NCBI GenBank assembly: GCA_965218585.1
Contig: CBDCLE010000010.1
Location: 150,418 to 214,417, forward strand
Direction of reading: 5' to 3'
From: Terriglobia bacterium
GTDB lineage: Bacteria; Acidobacteriota; Terriglobia; 20CM-2-55-15
Length of the DNA stretch: 64,000 nucleotides
Shown: positions 33,682-43,927 of the stretch, piece after piece
How positions within the stretch are numbered: the first letter of the stretch is position 1
Layout: each line of letters starts with the position of its first letter
The notes under the pieces: generated by a model
What the model saw: the letters and a program-made list of their open reading frames with translations, nothing else
Database searches by the model: none
Told to the model about the DNA's origin: nothing
Made by a program: the position numbers and the translations under genes

Positions 33682-34701
33682 CTAAAACAAACCGGTTTGG
33701 TTGGATGGACGGAAATCGAGGCCGAGGTGCTCATATGCCAGTTTCGTGGCGATACGCCCACGGGGGGTGCGCTGGAGGAAACCGATCTGGAGTAGAAAGG
33801 GTTCGTAGATGTCTTCGATCGCATCGACCTCTTCGCTCAAGACGGCCGCGATGGTGTTTACCCCTACGGGTCCTCCGTCGAATTTTTCGATGATCGCCCG
33901 CAGAAGACGGCGGTCGGTCTCATCGAAACCGTGTTCATCCACGTCGAGCAGCCGCAGGGCGTCGCGGGCGATTTCGTCGGTAATCTGGCCGTCACCCCGG
34001 ACGTCAGCGAAGTCCCGTGTACGTTTGAGCAACCGGTTCGCGATGCGCGGCGTTCCTCGGGAACGCTTCGCGATCTCCTTGGCTCCCGCGGTGGTGATCG
34101 GGGCACTAAGTATGTCGGCGGACCGCCGAACGATGATCTCCAGGTCCTCGTGCGTGTAGTAATCCAGACGATGAACGATGCCGAACCGTGAACGCAGGGG
34201 GGCGGTGATCAATCCGATTCGCGTTGTGGCGCCGATGAGCGTGAAGTGCTGCAGGTCGAGACGGTGAGTCCGGGCACTGGGCCCCTGGCCAATAATGATA
34301 TCCAGCTTGTAGTCCTCCATCGCTGGATAGAGGATCTCCTCAATGTTCGGCTGCAACCGGTGAATCTCGTCGACAAAGAAGATGTCCGCGCTTTCAAGAT
34401 TCGTCAGGATCGCCGTCAGGTCCCCCTTGATCTGAATCAACGGACCGGCCGTGGCGCGGAAGTGCGCCCCCATTTCATTCGCGATGACCGACGCCAGAGT
34501 CGTCTTCCCCAATCCAGGTGGGCCATACAACAATATGTGGTCGAGCGGTTCTCCGCGCTTACGAGCGGCCTCGATCGAGACCTCCAGGTTCTCTTTGACC
34601 AGAGGCTGCCCGATGTACTCGTTGAGCGTTTTCGGGCGCAACGAGAGTTCGAAAGGAATCTCTTCCTCGGTTGCAGCGCCTGTGACGATACGGTCGGTCA
34701 T
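33682..34701 (-). CDS. ruvB: Holliday junction helicase RuvB
   Basis: [36 protein letters not shown]. Confidence 0.98.
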   Translation of the reverse strand: MTDRIVTGAATEEEIPFELSLRPKTLNEYIGQPLVKENLEVSIEAARKRGEPLDHILLYGPPGLGKTTLASVIANEMGAHFRATAGPLIQIKGDLTAILTNLESADIFFVDEIHRLQPNIEEILYPAMEDYKLDIIIGQGPSARTHRLDLQHFTLIGATTRIGLITAPLRSRFGIVHRLDYYTHEDLEIIVRRSADILSAPITTAGAKEIAKRSRGTPRIANRLLKRTRDFADVRGDGQITDEIARDALRLLDVDEHGFDETDRRLLRAIIEKFDGGPVGVNTIAAVLSEEVDAIEDIYEPFLLQIGFLQRTPRGRIATKLAYEHLGLDFRPSNQTGLF

Positions 34702-35280
34702 TTACCCCTTAGTCAGGATCTTCAGAGTCCGCTTGAAGAGTTCGTCAAATCCAATATCCTCGGTCCCGTCGAGGGCTCTCCGGATCGCTCCCTCAATCAG
34801 ACCCCGATTGTATCCAAGGTTCTCCATCGCTGAAATCACGTCGACGTCGCTGCCGCTCGGTTCATCCTCAACGTCAAATTCACGCAGCTTGTCTTTCAAT
34901 TCCAGCAGTATCCGTTCACCGGTCTTCTTGCCGACACCTGGGATGGAGGTCAGGCGGGCCAGGTCATCCCTCTTGATGGATGCGATCAGGTCATCTACGG
35001 AACTGCCCGAAAGAATGGTCATAGCCAGTCGAGGGCCGATTCCTGATATCTGCAACAGCCGCTCGAAGATCGAGCGTTCGCGTTTGGTGGAGAAGCCATA
35101 GAGCTGAATGACGTCCTCGCGCACGTGCGTATAAATTTCGAGGATGACCTCCACACTGGGATCGGGCAATGACGAATAGGTGGGAAGCGTGATGAATACC
35201 TGATAGCCGACGCCATTGATATCCACGACAGCCTGTCCCGGGGTCTTCTCGAGCAATGGGCCCCGTAGACGGGCAATCAC
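34702..35280 (-). CDS. ruvA: Holliday junction binding protein RuvA
   Basis: MIARLRG, GVGY, VRED...LYGF, GIGPR, PGVGKKT.ER. Confidence 0.97.
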   Translation of the reverse strand: MIARLRGPLLEKTPGQAVVDINGVGYQVFITLPTYSSLPDPSVEVILEIYTHVREDVIQLYGFSTKRERSIFERLLQISGIGPRLAMTILSGSSVDDLIASIKRDDLARLTSIPGVGKKTGERILLELKDKLREFDVEDEPSGSDVDVISAMENLGYNRGLIEGAIRRALDGTEDIGFDELFKRTLKILTKG

Positions 35281-35588
35281 GCCGGTCTTTCCTCGTCGGC
35301 GCTTTCGACGCCGGCGTCGACGTGGAGATCGACTTGATCGACGACTCCGACGACGGCCGCATCAATCGCCGCACTCTTACGATCCACCGTGGCTGCCGCA
35401 GACCAGCCTTCCTGCACGACAAGCACGCGATCACCCACGCCGGCATCCACGCCATCCAGGGCGAGTAACCGCGCGCCATCTTCTGTTCCGTCCAGCCCGA
35501 GCGGTTGGACCAACAGGGCCTTCCGGCCTTCGTGACTGCTGTCTTTTTGCGTGGCGACGACAGTACCCACGACTCTGGCCAATATCAT
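35277..35588 (-). CDS. BMC vertex pentamer (EutN/CcmL family)
   Basis: MILARVVGTVVATQK, D.VDAGVGD.VL, IDAAVVGVVD. Confidence 0.92.
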   Translation of the reverse strand: MILARVVGTVVATQKDSSHEGRKALLVQPLGLDGTEDGARLLALDGVDAGVGDRVLVVQEGWSAAATVDRKSAAIDAAVVGVVDQVDLHVDAGVESADEERPA

Positions 35589-35727
35589 TCTATCTATTAG
35601 CGTCGGGCCCACCGGCCCATTCGAAGATTAACGTTTGAGAGTGCACTGACTTCTTCGCTCACCGCAGGTGCAGGGAACAACAACGCCGGCCGGTCCCCCC
35701 ACGCCCCGCAACCCCGGCCAGCTGTAG

Positions 35728-36048
35728 CTATCCGTCATCAGCCACTGTCGGTTTTTCATCGACGGATACCTCTCCATCGCCAGGCGCCACAACGACGGGC
35801 ACTTCATCGATACTGTCCACAATGCCGACGATGGTGGCATCCGACGGTGTTTCTACGGGAGCAAACGCGAACGAGGCTTCCCTCCCCCGGCAAACGTAGA
35901 CGCGTTCTCCGGCCCCGGCACCTACAGAGTCGATCGCGACAACTACTTTGTCGTCAGAAATCCTGCGGACGAGGAGGAGTTTCCGTCCCACAAGTGACTC
36001 GTTCTTGGCCGTTGCGACGACACGGCCGATGACGTCTCCAAGGTACAA
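35728..36048 (-). CDS. BMC vertex pentamer (EutN/CcmL family)
   Basis: LG.VIGRVVAT.K, DSVGAGAGE.V, DATIVGIVD. Confidence 0.9.
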   Translation of the reverse strand: MYLGDVIGRVVATAKNESLVGRKLLLVRRISDDKVVVAIDSVGAGAGERVYVCRGREASFAFAPVETPSDATIVGIVDSIDEVPVVVAPGDGEVSVDEKPTVADDG

Positions 36049-36110
36049 TTTCGAACCTCCGGCGTTTGCTGGCGGCCTGAAACAAAAAAGCCGCCAGCCG
36101 AAGCTGACAG

Positions 36111-36377
36111 CTAGTCTTGATAAATTTCGTCAATAATGCCGACGACGGCTGCATCTACCGGAGTGTCCTGGCACCCTGCCGACATACGGGCCGAACCTCC
36201 CTGAACGACGAGCACTTGCTCCCGAAAGCCCGCCGATACCGTGTCTACTGCGACAACGTATCCGGCCTCATCACCGCCGTCGAGGTTCATCAAGCGACAA
36301 ATGAGCAATTTCTTGCCTTCAAGGCGAGGATCCTTTCGGGTCGCAACGACCGTACCGATGACCCTGGCAAGTTGCAT
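36111..36377 (-). CDS. BMC vertex pentamer (EutN/CcmL family)
   Basis: MQLARVIGTVVATRKD..L.G.KLL, GGSAR, PVDAAVVGIID. Confidence 0.93.
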   Translation of the reverse strand: MQLARVIGTVVATRKDPRLEGKKLLICRLMNLDGGDEAGYVVAVDTVSAGFREQVLVVQGGSARMSAGCQDTPVDAAVVGIIDEIYQD

Positions 36378-36383
36378 CGGGCT

Positions 36384-36689
36384 CTAATCGCTCGCTTTGC
36401 CGATGTTGAACACGTCCTCGAGGTTCGAATGCGGTCTCGGGATCACATGGACGCTGATCAATTCACCGACACGGCGGGCCGAGGTTGCGCCGGCATCAGT
36501 GGCAGCCTTCACGGCTGCAACATCACCTCGCACGATGGCCGTCACATAGCCGGAGCCGATCTTTTCCCAGCCCATGAGGGTAACCTTTGCCGCTTTCACC
36601 ATCGCATCGGACGCTTCGATCAACGCAACCAGTCCACGGGTCTCGATCATCCCGAGGGCTTCACCAATCGTTTCTCCCTCTTGTGCCAT
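36384..36689 (-). CDS. BMC hexamer shell protein (EutM/PduA-like)
   Basis: [34 protein letters not shown]. Confidence 0.95.
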   Translation of the reverse strand: MAQEGETIGEALGMIETRGLVALIEASDAMVKAAKVTLMGWEKIGSGYVTAIVRGDVAAVKAATDAGATSARRVGELISVHVIPRPHSNLEDVFNIGKASD

Positions 36690-36705
36690 TCAAATGCTCC
36701 TTAGG

Positions 36706-36800
36706 GAAATTCGGGACAGAGCCCAAATTTCCGAACCATCCTGCAGTTTAAGGCCTTCGATAGGTCGGGAAATCGGGGCTCTGTCCCTGGAATTTCCCAC
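36706..36800. repeat. REP-like family C inverted pair (GGGACAGAGCCC...GGGCTCTGTCCC); related half at about 49864
   Basis: Inverted pair flanked by GAAATT/AATTTC between aldolase and BMC-H genes. Confidence 0.65.
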
Positions 36801-37573
36801 TATTTCACCAAAGTCGAGACGACCTGATGGACCAAGTCGACCAATTCGTCCCTAGAAAGAGAGATCGTTTCCGATCTTCCGCCGGGCACCGGACACATTG
36901 GGTCCTTCGGACGCGCCTCATCGACGGTCTCCAGGCCAAAATACTTCTGCCGCTGAACCCACAATTTTTCAACATCTTCGGATGACAACAGCTGCTCTTC
37001 TCCGAGAATCCGGGTATAGATCGAAATCTTGGCGAAATGTTCGACCGTGTCCATCCGGTTATAGGCCTCCATCATGTCGGCTCCGTAGGTGACCACTCCA
37101 TGGTTCGCCATAAGCAAGGCGTCATAGCTTTCTACCCAGGGTTGCAGGCTGTCTGTGAGTTCCCGAGTACCGGGTGTGCCGTATTCGGCAATGGGTATGC
37201 ATCCCAAAGCCAGAACAACTTCCGAAATCAAGGCTTTGTTCAGAGGAATACCCGCGGCTGCATAGGCCGTCGCGCATGGCGGATGACAGTGCACCACCGC
37301 GTTGACGTCCGGACGTAGTTTGTAGATGAGAGTGTGCATCGAGATCTCGCTGGAGGCCTTACGCTCTCCACGAACGTGTCGGCCTTCGAGATCTACGACG
37401 ACAGGATCCTCGGGAGTCACGAAACCCTTATTGATAAGGGTCGGCGTGCAGATCACGTTGCCATCCGGCAGCCGGGCACTCAGATTCCCGTCCGTAGACG
37501 CCAGATAAGTCTTTTGGTAGGTCAGGCGGGAAAATTCGGCGATCTGTTGTCGTAGTTCAGCTTCTGTGGACAT
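36800..37573 (-). CDS. Class II aldolase (fuculose-phosphate aldolase-like) with putative encapsulation peptide
   Basis: DGNLSAR, SSEI.MH, VVHCHP, ANHG; C-terminal SRDELVDLVHQVVSTL amphipathic helix. Confidence 0.9.
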   Translation of the reverse strand: MSTEAELRQQIAEFSRLTYQKTYLASTDGNLSARLPDGNVICTPTLINKGFVTPEDPVVVDLEGRHVRGERKASSEISMHTLIYKLRPDVNAVVHCHPPCATAYAAAGIPLNKALISEVVLALGCIPIAEYGTPGTRELTDSLQPWVESYDALLMANHGVVTYGADMMEAYNRMDTVEHFAKISIYTRILGEEQLLSSEDVEKLWVQRQKYFGLETVDEARPKDPMCPVPGGRSETISLSRDELVDLVHQVVSTLVK

Positions 37574-37711
37574 GGTTTGGTGAGCGCATTCTACTAACGC
37601 CTCATTAGATTCACAATCTACATAATCGGAGGGAATGTCATTACTGGTCCCGAGTGCAGTCTTTGCGTCAAAACGCACAAATTGCGGAGATAGCCGAACC
37701 ACCTAGGCTCC

Positions 37712-37812
37712 TGTAGGTGCGCTCTATGAGCGCACCTATGCTGGCGGAAGCTCTTTCAGAGTGCGGTCATAGACCGCACCTACAGAAGAGTGCGTCATAG
37801 GCCCCACCTACA
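37712..37812. repeat. GTAG-type REP cluster (family B); other copies 24822-24850 and about 48464-48492
   Basis: TGTAGGTGCGCTCT.TGAGCGCACCTA hairpins. Confidence 0.85.
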
Positions 37813-37818
37813 GTTGGA

Positions 37819-40041
37819 TCAAATCACTTCGAGCGAAGCGTACTTGGCGATCATTTTCTTCAGGCCAAAATTACTGAAACTCACCGTTAACTTGGCATCA
37901 TCGCCGGTGCCTTCCGTGCGCAGTATGGTCCCCACACCGAACTTGGGATGCTTTACGCGGGCGCCCTGGGTCCATCGCCCTCTTCCCCCGCCACGCCGGC
38001 CTCTGCTTCGGGTCGGGTTCCTGGCCTTCAGGAAATCCTGGACCGCGTTGACAGTGTTGTAGGTGTCCCCCACATAGGCCGTTCTTTCACGTGGTTCAGC
38101 TACGAAAGGCTCGGACACCTCAAGACCATCAATTAAATCCGGCGGGATTTCGTTCAGAAACCGTGAAACTTCCGAGATCATGGGCTCCATCGTCCCGAAA
38201 GTTCGACGGTAACGGGACGAACTCAAATAGAGTCGTTCTTCGGCTCGCGTCATGCCAACGTAGAAAAGTCGCCGCTCCTCCTCGAGTGAGGACTGCTCGG
38301 TGATGGATCGACTGTGGGGAAACAAGCCGTCTTCCATTCCGATGATGAATACGACGGGAAACTCGAGTCCTTTAGCGGTGTGAAGCGTCATCAGGGTCAC
38401 CGGTGCCCGTTCGTCGTAGTCATCCTGGTCAGACACCAACGCAGCGTTGTCCAGGAAATCACGTAGAGTCTCACCGCGCTCGGCGCTTTCTTCGGCAGCG
38501 GTCATAAGTTCACGAATATTGTCGATCCGGCCAAGCGCTTCCTCGCTCCCTTCCTCGGTGAGAACCTCGACGTAGCGCGTCTTCTCGACGACCTTTTGAA
38601 GCAAGTCAACGGCAGAGGGCTGATCGGCCGATTCCAGAAAGTCGGTCATCAGTTCGTGAAAAGTTCCGAGGGCTCGCCTCGACCGTAGCGCCAGACCTTC
38701 CCCATCGATCGCGATCCCGATCGCATCCCAGAGCGAGGCCTCCCTTTCCGCAGCCAGATCCAGAAGAGCATTGATCGTTGTTTTGCCGATACCGCGCGCC
38801 GGCGTGTTGATGATCCGCATCAGGTGAACCGAATCGTGAGGATTGAGAATCGAAGTCAGGTAACTGAGCAGATCCTTGATCTCGGCTCGTTCGTAGAAGC
38901 TGAATCCGCCAACCACACGGTAGGGGATATCGAACCGACGAAATATCTCTTCCAGGACACGCGAAAGAAAGTTGGTCCGGTAAAGGACAGCAATGTGACG
39001 TTCGGGATGGTTTCGGCGCTCTCCCATGACCTTCTCGGCAACGAAGGCGGCTTCCTGATCCGGATCGCGGGCTTCGAAATACTGGATCTGTTCACCGGAT
39101 GCATTCTCGGTCCACAGCTGCTTGCCTTTCCGCTCCTCGTTGTTGGCGACGACGGCTCCTGCAGCCGCCAGAATCGTTTTCGTGGAACGGTAATTCTGCT
39201 CGAGCCGGACGATCTGCGTGTTCGGATAGTCCTTTTCGAAGGAGAGGATGTTCTGGATGTCCGCACCCCGCCAGCTGTAGATGGACTGGTCCTCATCTCC
39301 GACGACGCAGACGTTGCCGTGCCGTGAAGATAGATAGCGAACCAGCTTGTACTGGGTACGATTCGTGTCCTGATACTCATCCACCATGAGGTAACGAAAA
39401 CGTTCGCTGTATTTTTCTGCCACATGCGGAAACTTGCCGAAAAGCTCAACAGTCTTTCCCAGCAGGTCGTCAAAATCGAGAGCGTTGGCCTTCCTGAGCC
39501 TCTTTTCGTACTCCCCATACACCTTTGCAGTCTGTTCCCAGTCAGGCTGCCACGCGTCTTCGGCCATTTTATCCGGGCTGGTTCGCTGATTCTTCGCCGC
39601 GCTGATACGAGACTGGACGATGCGTGGGGTGACGACTTTGTCGTCCAGGGAAAGGTCTTTCATCGCAGATCGAACGACCTGAAGCTGATCATCGGAATCG
39701 TAAATCGTGAACTCGGGCCCGTAACCGAGCACCTCGATCTCCCGCCTGAGCAGGCGCACGCAGAGGGAATGGAAAGTCGAAATCCACGCATCCGCCGACC
39801 TTGGACCACGCAGCTGATCGCGGACACGTGCCTTCATCTGGTCGGCAGCCTTGTTGGTAAAGGTGACTGCCAGAATGGATTCTGGACGAACTCCAAGGTT
39901 TTCGATCAAGTGAACGATCCGGTACGTAATGACGCGAGTCTTGCCACTGCCCGCCCCAGCGAGAATCAGAATCGGCCCGTCAATCGCCTCAGCTGCTTCG
40001 AGCTGTTGCGGGTTCAGATGCTCTTTTAAGTCAATCCCCAT
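37819..40041 (-). CDS. pcrA: PcrA/UvrD DNA helicase
   Basis: AGAGSGKT, TFTNKAA, VDEYQDTN, QNYRS, H.AKGLEF, EERRLFYVG.TRA, C-terminal Tudor-like domain. Confidence 0.95.
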   Translation of the reverse strand: MGIDLKEHLNPQQLEAAEAIDGPILILAGAGSGKTRVITYRIVHLIENLGVRPESILAVTFTNKAADQMKARVRDQLRGPRSADAWISTFHSLCVRLLRREIEVLGYGPEFTIYDSDDQLQVVRSAMKDLSLDDKVVTPRIVQSRISAAKNQRTSPDKMAEDAWQPDWEQTAKVYGEYEKRLRKANALDFDDLLGKTVELFGKFPHVAEKYSERFRYLMVDEYQDTNRTQYKLVRYLSSRHGNVCVVGDEDQSIYSWRGADIQNILSFEKDYPNTQIVRLEQNYRSTKTILAAAGAVVANNEERKGKQLWTENASGEQIQYFEARDPDQEAAFVAEKVMGERRNHPERHIAVLYRTNFLSRVLEEIFRRFDIPYRVVGGFSFYERAEIKDLLSYLTSILNPHDSVHLMRIINTPARGIGKTTINALLDLAAEREASLWDAIGIAIDGEGLALRSRRALGTFHELMTDFLESADQPSAVDLLQKVVEKTRYVEVLTEEGSEEALGRIDNIRELMTAAEESAERGETLRDFLDNAALVSDQDDYDERAPVTLMTLHTAKGLEFPVVFIIGMEDGLFPHSRSITEQSSLEEERRLFYVGMTRAEERLYLSSSRYRRTFGTMEPMISEVSRFLNEIPPDLIDGLEVSEPFVAEPRERTAYVGDTYNTVNAVQDFLKARNPTRSRGRRGGGRGRWTQGARVKHPKFGVGTILRTEGTGDDAKLTVSFSNFGLKKMIAKYASLEVI

Positions 40042-40188
40042 CGTTACTCAGTGGTGCACGGAAGACTCAACCGAGAGGCGCAGAGGCCGCAGAGCCATTG
40101 TAATGAATCCAGTCTTGGAAGGTTAGAGCGAGAAATCGACTATGAACCCTGCGATCTCCGCGTCTCTGCGTCTCCGCGTTCGGCTCCT

Positions 40189-42039
40189 TCACTCTACAGT
40201 AACGCTTTTGGCAAGGTTGCGGGGTTGGTCCACGTCGCAGCCGCGTTGGACGGCAATCTGATAGGCAAGCAGTTGGAGAGGGACAACCTCTAGAATAGGC
40301 AGCAGGAAGTCGGTGGCCCGCGGAACGAAAATGCAGTGATCGGACTCGTCGGCAACGTCGGTGTCACCCTCAGTAGCCACCGAAAGGATGATGCCATCCC
40401 GCGACTTCACTTCCCTGACGTTGTTAAGTACTTTTTCGTAAATCTGGCCCGATGCCTCCCGCCCCTCGTCCTTGGTGACGACAAATACAACAGGCAGATC
40501 GCCATCGATGAGCGCGTTGGGTCCGTGCTTCATTTCGCCCGCCGGATATCCCTCGGCATGAATGTAGGAAATTTCTTTCAGTTTCAACGCACCTTCAAGG
40601 GCTATCGGGAAATGGATACCGCGTCCCAGGAAGAGAAAGTCGTTGGAGTGCGCCAGCGAACGGGCGATATTTTCAATCTGAGGCGAGGCATCCAGAACCT
40701 TCTCGATCTTGGGAGGGAGCGCAGTCAACTCCGACAAGGCCCTGCCAATTTCGTCGGGAGTCATCGTCTGGTGTGACCTGCCCAGCTGCAGCGCCAGCAG
40801 GTACAGGGCGGCCATCTGAGTGACAAACGCTTTTGTCGACGCCACGCCGATTTCAGGGCCGGCGCGCGTATAGAGGACGCCATCGGCCAGTCGCGTGGTC
40901 ATCGACCCTACGACGTTCGTGATCGTCAGGACCTTGAAGCCCATCTCGCGCACCAGTTTCTGGGCTGCGATGGTGTCGGCTGTTTCGCCGGACTGCGTGA
41001 TCACGACAAAGAGCGTATCCGGATCGACGACAGGACTCCGATACCTGAATTCACTGGCGTAGTCCACTTGCACGGGCACGTGGGCCATAGCCTCGATCAT
41101 GTACTTCCCTGCCAGGCAGGAGTGCCAGCTCGTTCCGCATCCGAGGAGGCAGATGTTTTTGAAGCTCTTCCAGTCTCGGTCGGAAAATCCAACTTCGTCG
41201 AGATGCACTTCGTTGGACTCCAACCCCAACCGTCCCACAAGCGTCTCGCTGACGGCTTCGGGTTGCTCGTGGATCTCTTTTAACATGAAATGCTTGTAAC
41301 CACCCTTCTCGGCCTGCACCGGGTCCCAGGTGATGTGATTGAAGTGCAACGCGCGCTCGTCGCCGGCAAAATCCATCAAACGGATCTGGTCAGGTTCGAC
41401 CACGGCCAGTTCACCGTCGTCCAGGAACAGCAGGTCACGCGTATGGGGGAGCAGCGCGGGTATGTCGGATGCAACGAAGCCTTCTCCGTTGACGCGACCG
41501 ATAACCGTGGGTGGGCCGTCACGTCCGGTCACTATTTTTTGCGGATCGTCTGCCGAGATCGCCGAGAAGGCAAACAGTCCTCGAATTTCCTTCACGGCCG
41601 CAAGGACTGCTTCTTCGAGATTCCCTTCAAAGTACTTTTCGATGAGATGAGCGATGACTTCTGTGTCGGTTTCGGTGGTGAATCGGTGGCCTTCTGCCTT
41701 CAGGGCGTGCCTGAGTTCCAGGTAGTTTTCGATGATTCCGTTGTGAACGACAACGATGCGTCCGGTGCAATCGCGGTGAGGATGGGCATTCTCTTCGGTG
41801 GGTCTTCCGTGCGTAGCCCATCGAGTGTGGCCCAACCCGTAACTGCCACTCATGGGTTCTTTCCTAAGGAGTGATTCCAGATTGCCGAGCTTACCTTCGG
41901 ACCTCCGCACGACCACGTTGTTGTCGTGTACGACTGCGATGCCCGCCGAATCGTATCCCCGGTACTCGAGACTCCTGAGACCTTCTAGGACCAAAGGAAC
42001 GGCATCACGGTTCCCGATGTAACCAAAAATTCCACACAT
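40189..42039 (-). CDS. glmS: Glutamine-fructose-6-phosphate aminotransferase
   Basis: MCGI, LEYRGYDSAG, HTRWATHG, PRNLAKSVTVE. Confidence 0.98.
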   Translation of the reverse strand: MCGIFGYIGNRDAVPLVLEGLRSLEYRGYDSAGIAVVHDNNVVVRRSEGKLGNLESLLRKEPMSGSYGLGHTRWATHGRPTEENAHPHRDCTGRIVVVHNGIIENYLELRHALKAEGHRFTTETDTEVIAHLIEKYFEGNLEEAVLAAVKEIRGLFAFSAISADDPQKIVTGRDGPPTVIGRVNGEGFVASDIPALLPHTRDLLFLDDGELAVVEPDQIRLMDFAGDERALHFNHITWDPVQAEKGGYKHFMLKEIHEQPEAVSETLVGRLGLESNEVHLDEVGFSDRDWKSFKNICLLGCGTSWHSCLAGKYMIEAMAHVPVQVDYASEFRYRSPVVDPDTLFVVITQSGETADTIAAQKLVREMGFKVLTITNVVGSMTTRLADGVLYTRAGPEIGVASTKAFVTQMAALYLLALQLGRSHQTMTPDEIGRALSELTALPPKIEKVLDASPQIENIARSLAHSNDFLFLGRGIHFPIALEGALKLKEISYIHAEGYPAGEMKHGPNALIDGDLPVVFVVTKDEGREASGQIYEKVLNNVREVKSRDGIILSVATEGDTDVADESDHCIFVPRATDFLLPILEVVPLQLLAYQIAVQRGCDVDQPRNLAKSVTVE

Positions 42040-42157
42040 AAAAAGTGATCAACGCGGAGGCGCAGAGTTCGCAGAGGCCGCGGAAAAAAGGACAGAGAGG
42101 ATTCTCTGTGCCTCCGTGCCTCTGTGCCTCTGTGCCTCTGTGCCTCTGTGGTTAATC

Positions 42158-43534
42158 CTAACTCTTTCCCTTCTTCTTCCCTTTCTTCTTCATCCGGTCT
42201 TTCTTCACGACCTGGCGGCCGCGGCCAATCGCCAGGGAATCCGGGGGAACGTCTTCCGTGAGAGTGGAACCGGCACCGACATAGGAGCCTCGCTCGATTC
42301 GGATGGGGGCGACGAGCGAGGAATTGCTACCAATGAAAACACCATCTTCGATATCCGTTTTGTGCTTGTTGACTCCGTCGTAGTTGCACGTAATCGTTCC
42401 CGCGCCCACGTTCACGTCTTTCCCAATATCGGCGTCACCAAGATATGCCAGGTGCATGGACTTGGTTCCTTCGTCGAGCTTAGACTTCTTGATCTCGACA
42501 AAGTTACCGACCTTGACATTGTTTTCGAGAAGAGCACCCATTCTCAAATGGGCATAGGGACCCATGCGAACGTCGTTCCTGATTTCGGATTGATCCATCA
42601 CACAACCATCGAGGATGGTCGACCGGTCTCCAACCTTGGAGTCGGTGATCCGGGAAAAGGACCGCACGGTCACCTCTTCACCCAGGATGGATCTACCTTC
42701 GATAGCAACGGATGGATAGATAACCGAATCGATTCCGATCTGGACGTCGGTGTCGATCCTCACCGTTTCCGGATCGAGAATGGATACGCCTTGCGCCATC
42801 AGAGCATCGCACTTGCTGCGCCGAATCTGACGGTCCACCAGAGCCAGCTGCTTTCGGGAATTGATACCTGAGACCTCGGAGGGATCTTCAAGGCGGAAGG
42901 CCCCAAAAGGATGACCTTGGGCCGAGAAGATGCCGACGACGTCTGTCAGATAATATTCGTTCTGAGCATTGTCGGTCCGAGTCTGCTCCAGGGCGTCAAA
43001 CAGGAGGGCGGCATCGAACAGGTATATCCCGGAATTGATCTCACGTATCTCGAGTGCGTCACTATCGCTGTCGCGATGTTCGACGATGCTATCGACCTCG
43101 TGCTCGGATCGGTGGATGATCCTGCCATAGCCATGGGGGTCCTCTACCGTCGCTGTCAAGACCGATCCCCCGAAGCCACCCTTACGATGAAAATCAGAAA
43201 GAGCTTCGAGCGTATGGGACTGGACTAAGGGAACATCTCCGGGTAAGACAAGCAAGTCCTCTGCTCCCGAGAGCGATTCGCGAGCTGACATCACGGCATG
43301 TCCGGTACCGAGCTGCTTCTCCTGGGACACGAAGCTGACCCCGTCCACTGCATCCCGGACCGCTTGCGCCTCGTGGACGACGACGACATGAATGTCTTCG
43401 GATATTTCGCGGGCGGCCCGAAGGACGAACTCCAGCATCGGCAGGCCCCCAACCTCATGAAGGACCTTGGCCTTCCTGGATTTCATACGGGTGCCTTCGC
43501 CCGCTGCCAAAACGAGTACGCTCAGTTTGCGCAT
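42158..43534 (-). CDS. glmU: Bifunctional UDP-GlcNAc pyrophosphorylase/acetyltransferase
   Basis: LAAGEGTRMKS, QLGTGHA, EYYLTD, GNFVE.K, GAGTITCNYDG. Confidence 0.97.
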   Translation of the reverse strand: MRKLSVLVLAAGEGTRMKSRKAKVLHEVGGLPMLEFVLRAAREISEDIHVVVVHEAQAVRDAVDGVSFVSQEKQLGTGHAVMSARESLSGAEDLLVLPGDVPLVQSHTLEALSDFHRKGGFGGSVLTATVEDPHGYGRIIHRSEHEVDSIVEHRDSDSDALEIREINSGIYLFDAALLFDALEQTRTDNAQNEYYLTDVVGIFSAQGHPFGAFRLEDPSEVSGINSRKQLALVDRQIRRSKCDALMAQGVSILDPETVRIDTDVQIGIDSVIYPSVAIEGRSILGEEVTVRSFSRITDSKVGDRSTILDGCVMDQSEIRNDVRMGPYAHLRMGALLENNVKVGNFVEIKKSKLDEGTKSMHLAYLGDADIGKDVNVGAGTITCNYDGVNKHKTDIEDGVFIGSNSSLVAPIRIERGSYVGAGSTLTEDVPPDSLAIGRGRQVVKKDRMKKKGKKKGKS

Positions 43535-43890
43535 ATTTCTGTTACGGCCCCACTATCGTGGCGGATCACATCACCTTCGAAAAGCAGATCTTTCTACGAC
43601 AGTTGTTCCCATATCTTGAACGCGTTCTTTGCCTGCTCGAACAACGCGCCCGTTTCCCTCTTTGTATTTTCGCAGAATCGCTTTCGAAGGAGGGCGTGTA
43701 TTTGCAAGCAGGGTCGGAAACAGTACATGCCCGGAATGATCCATGAGCGCCTGGACGTGGTCGCCCATCGTCATATCAACCGTCTCTGCCGGCCGCGTCA
43801 TGATGTTCTGGATGTAATTTTTTCGGGCGCCGGAAGAGCGGATAGCAGAAACGATTTCCAGAGGAAGGAGGTTTGCGATGAGACTTGAAG
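43522..43890 (-). pseudogene. C-terminal remnant of YvcK/GlmR (CofD-related) protein
   Basis: SSLIANLL...AIRSSGARKNYIQNIMTRPAET..MTMGDHVQAL...then DLL.EGDVIRHDS in shifted frame. Confidence 0.65.
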
Positions 43891-43927
43891 AGCTCGATGC
43901 ACGTCTCTGGTCGAGCCTCGTGGGGAA

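Noticed and set aside
42040-42157. glmS ribozyme upstream of glmS
   Set aside because: The gap is filled by a family A repeat; no ribozyme core recognised
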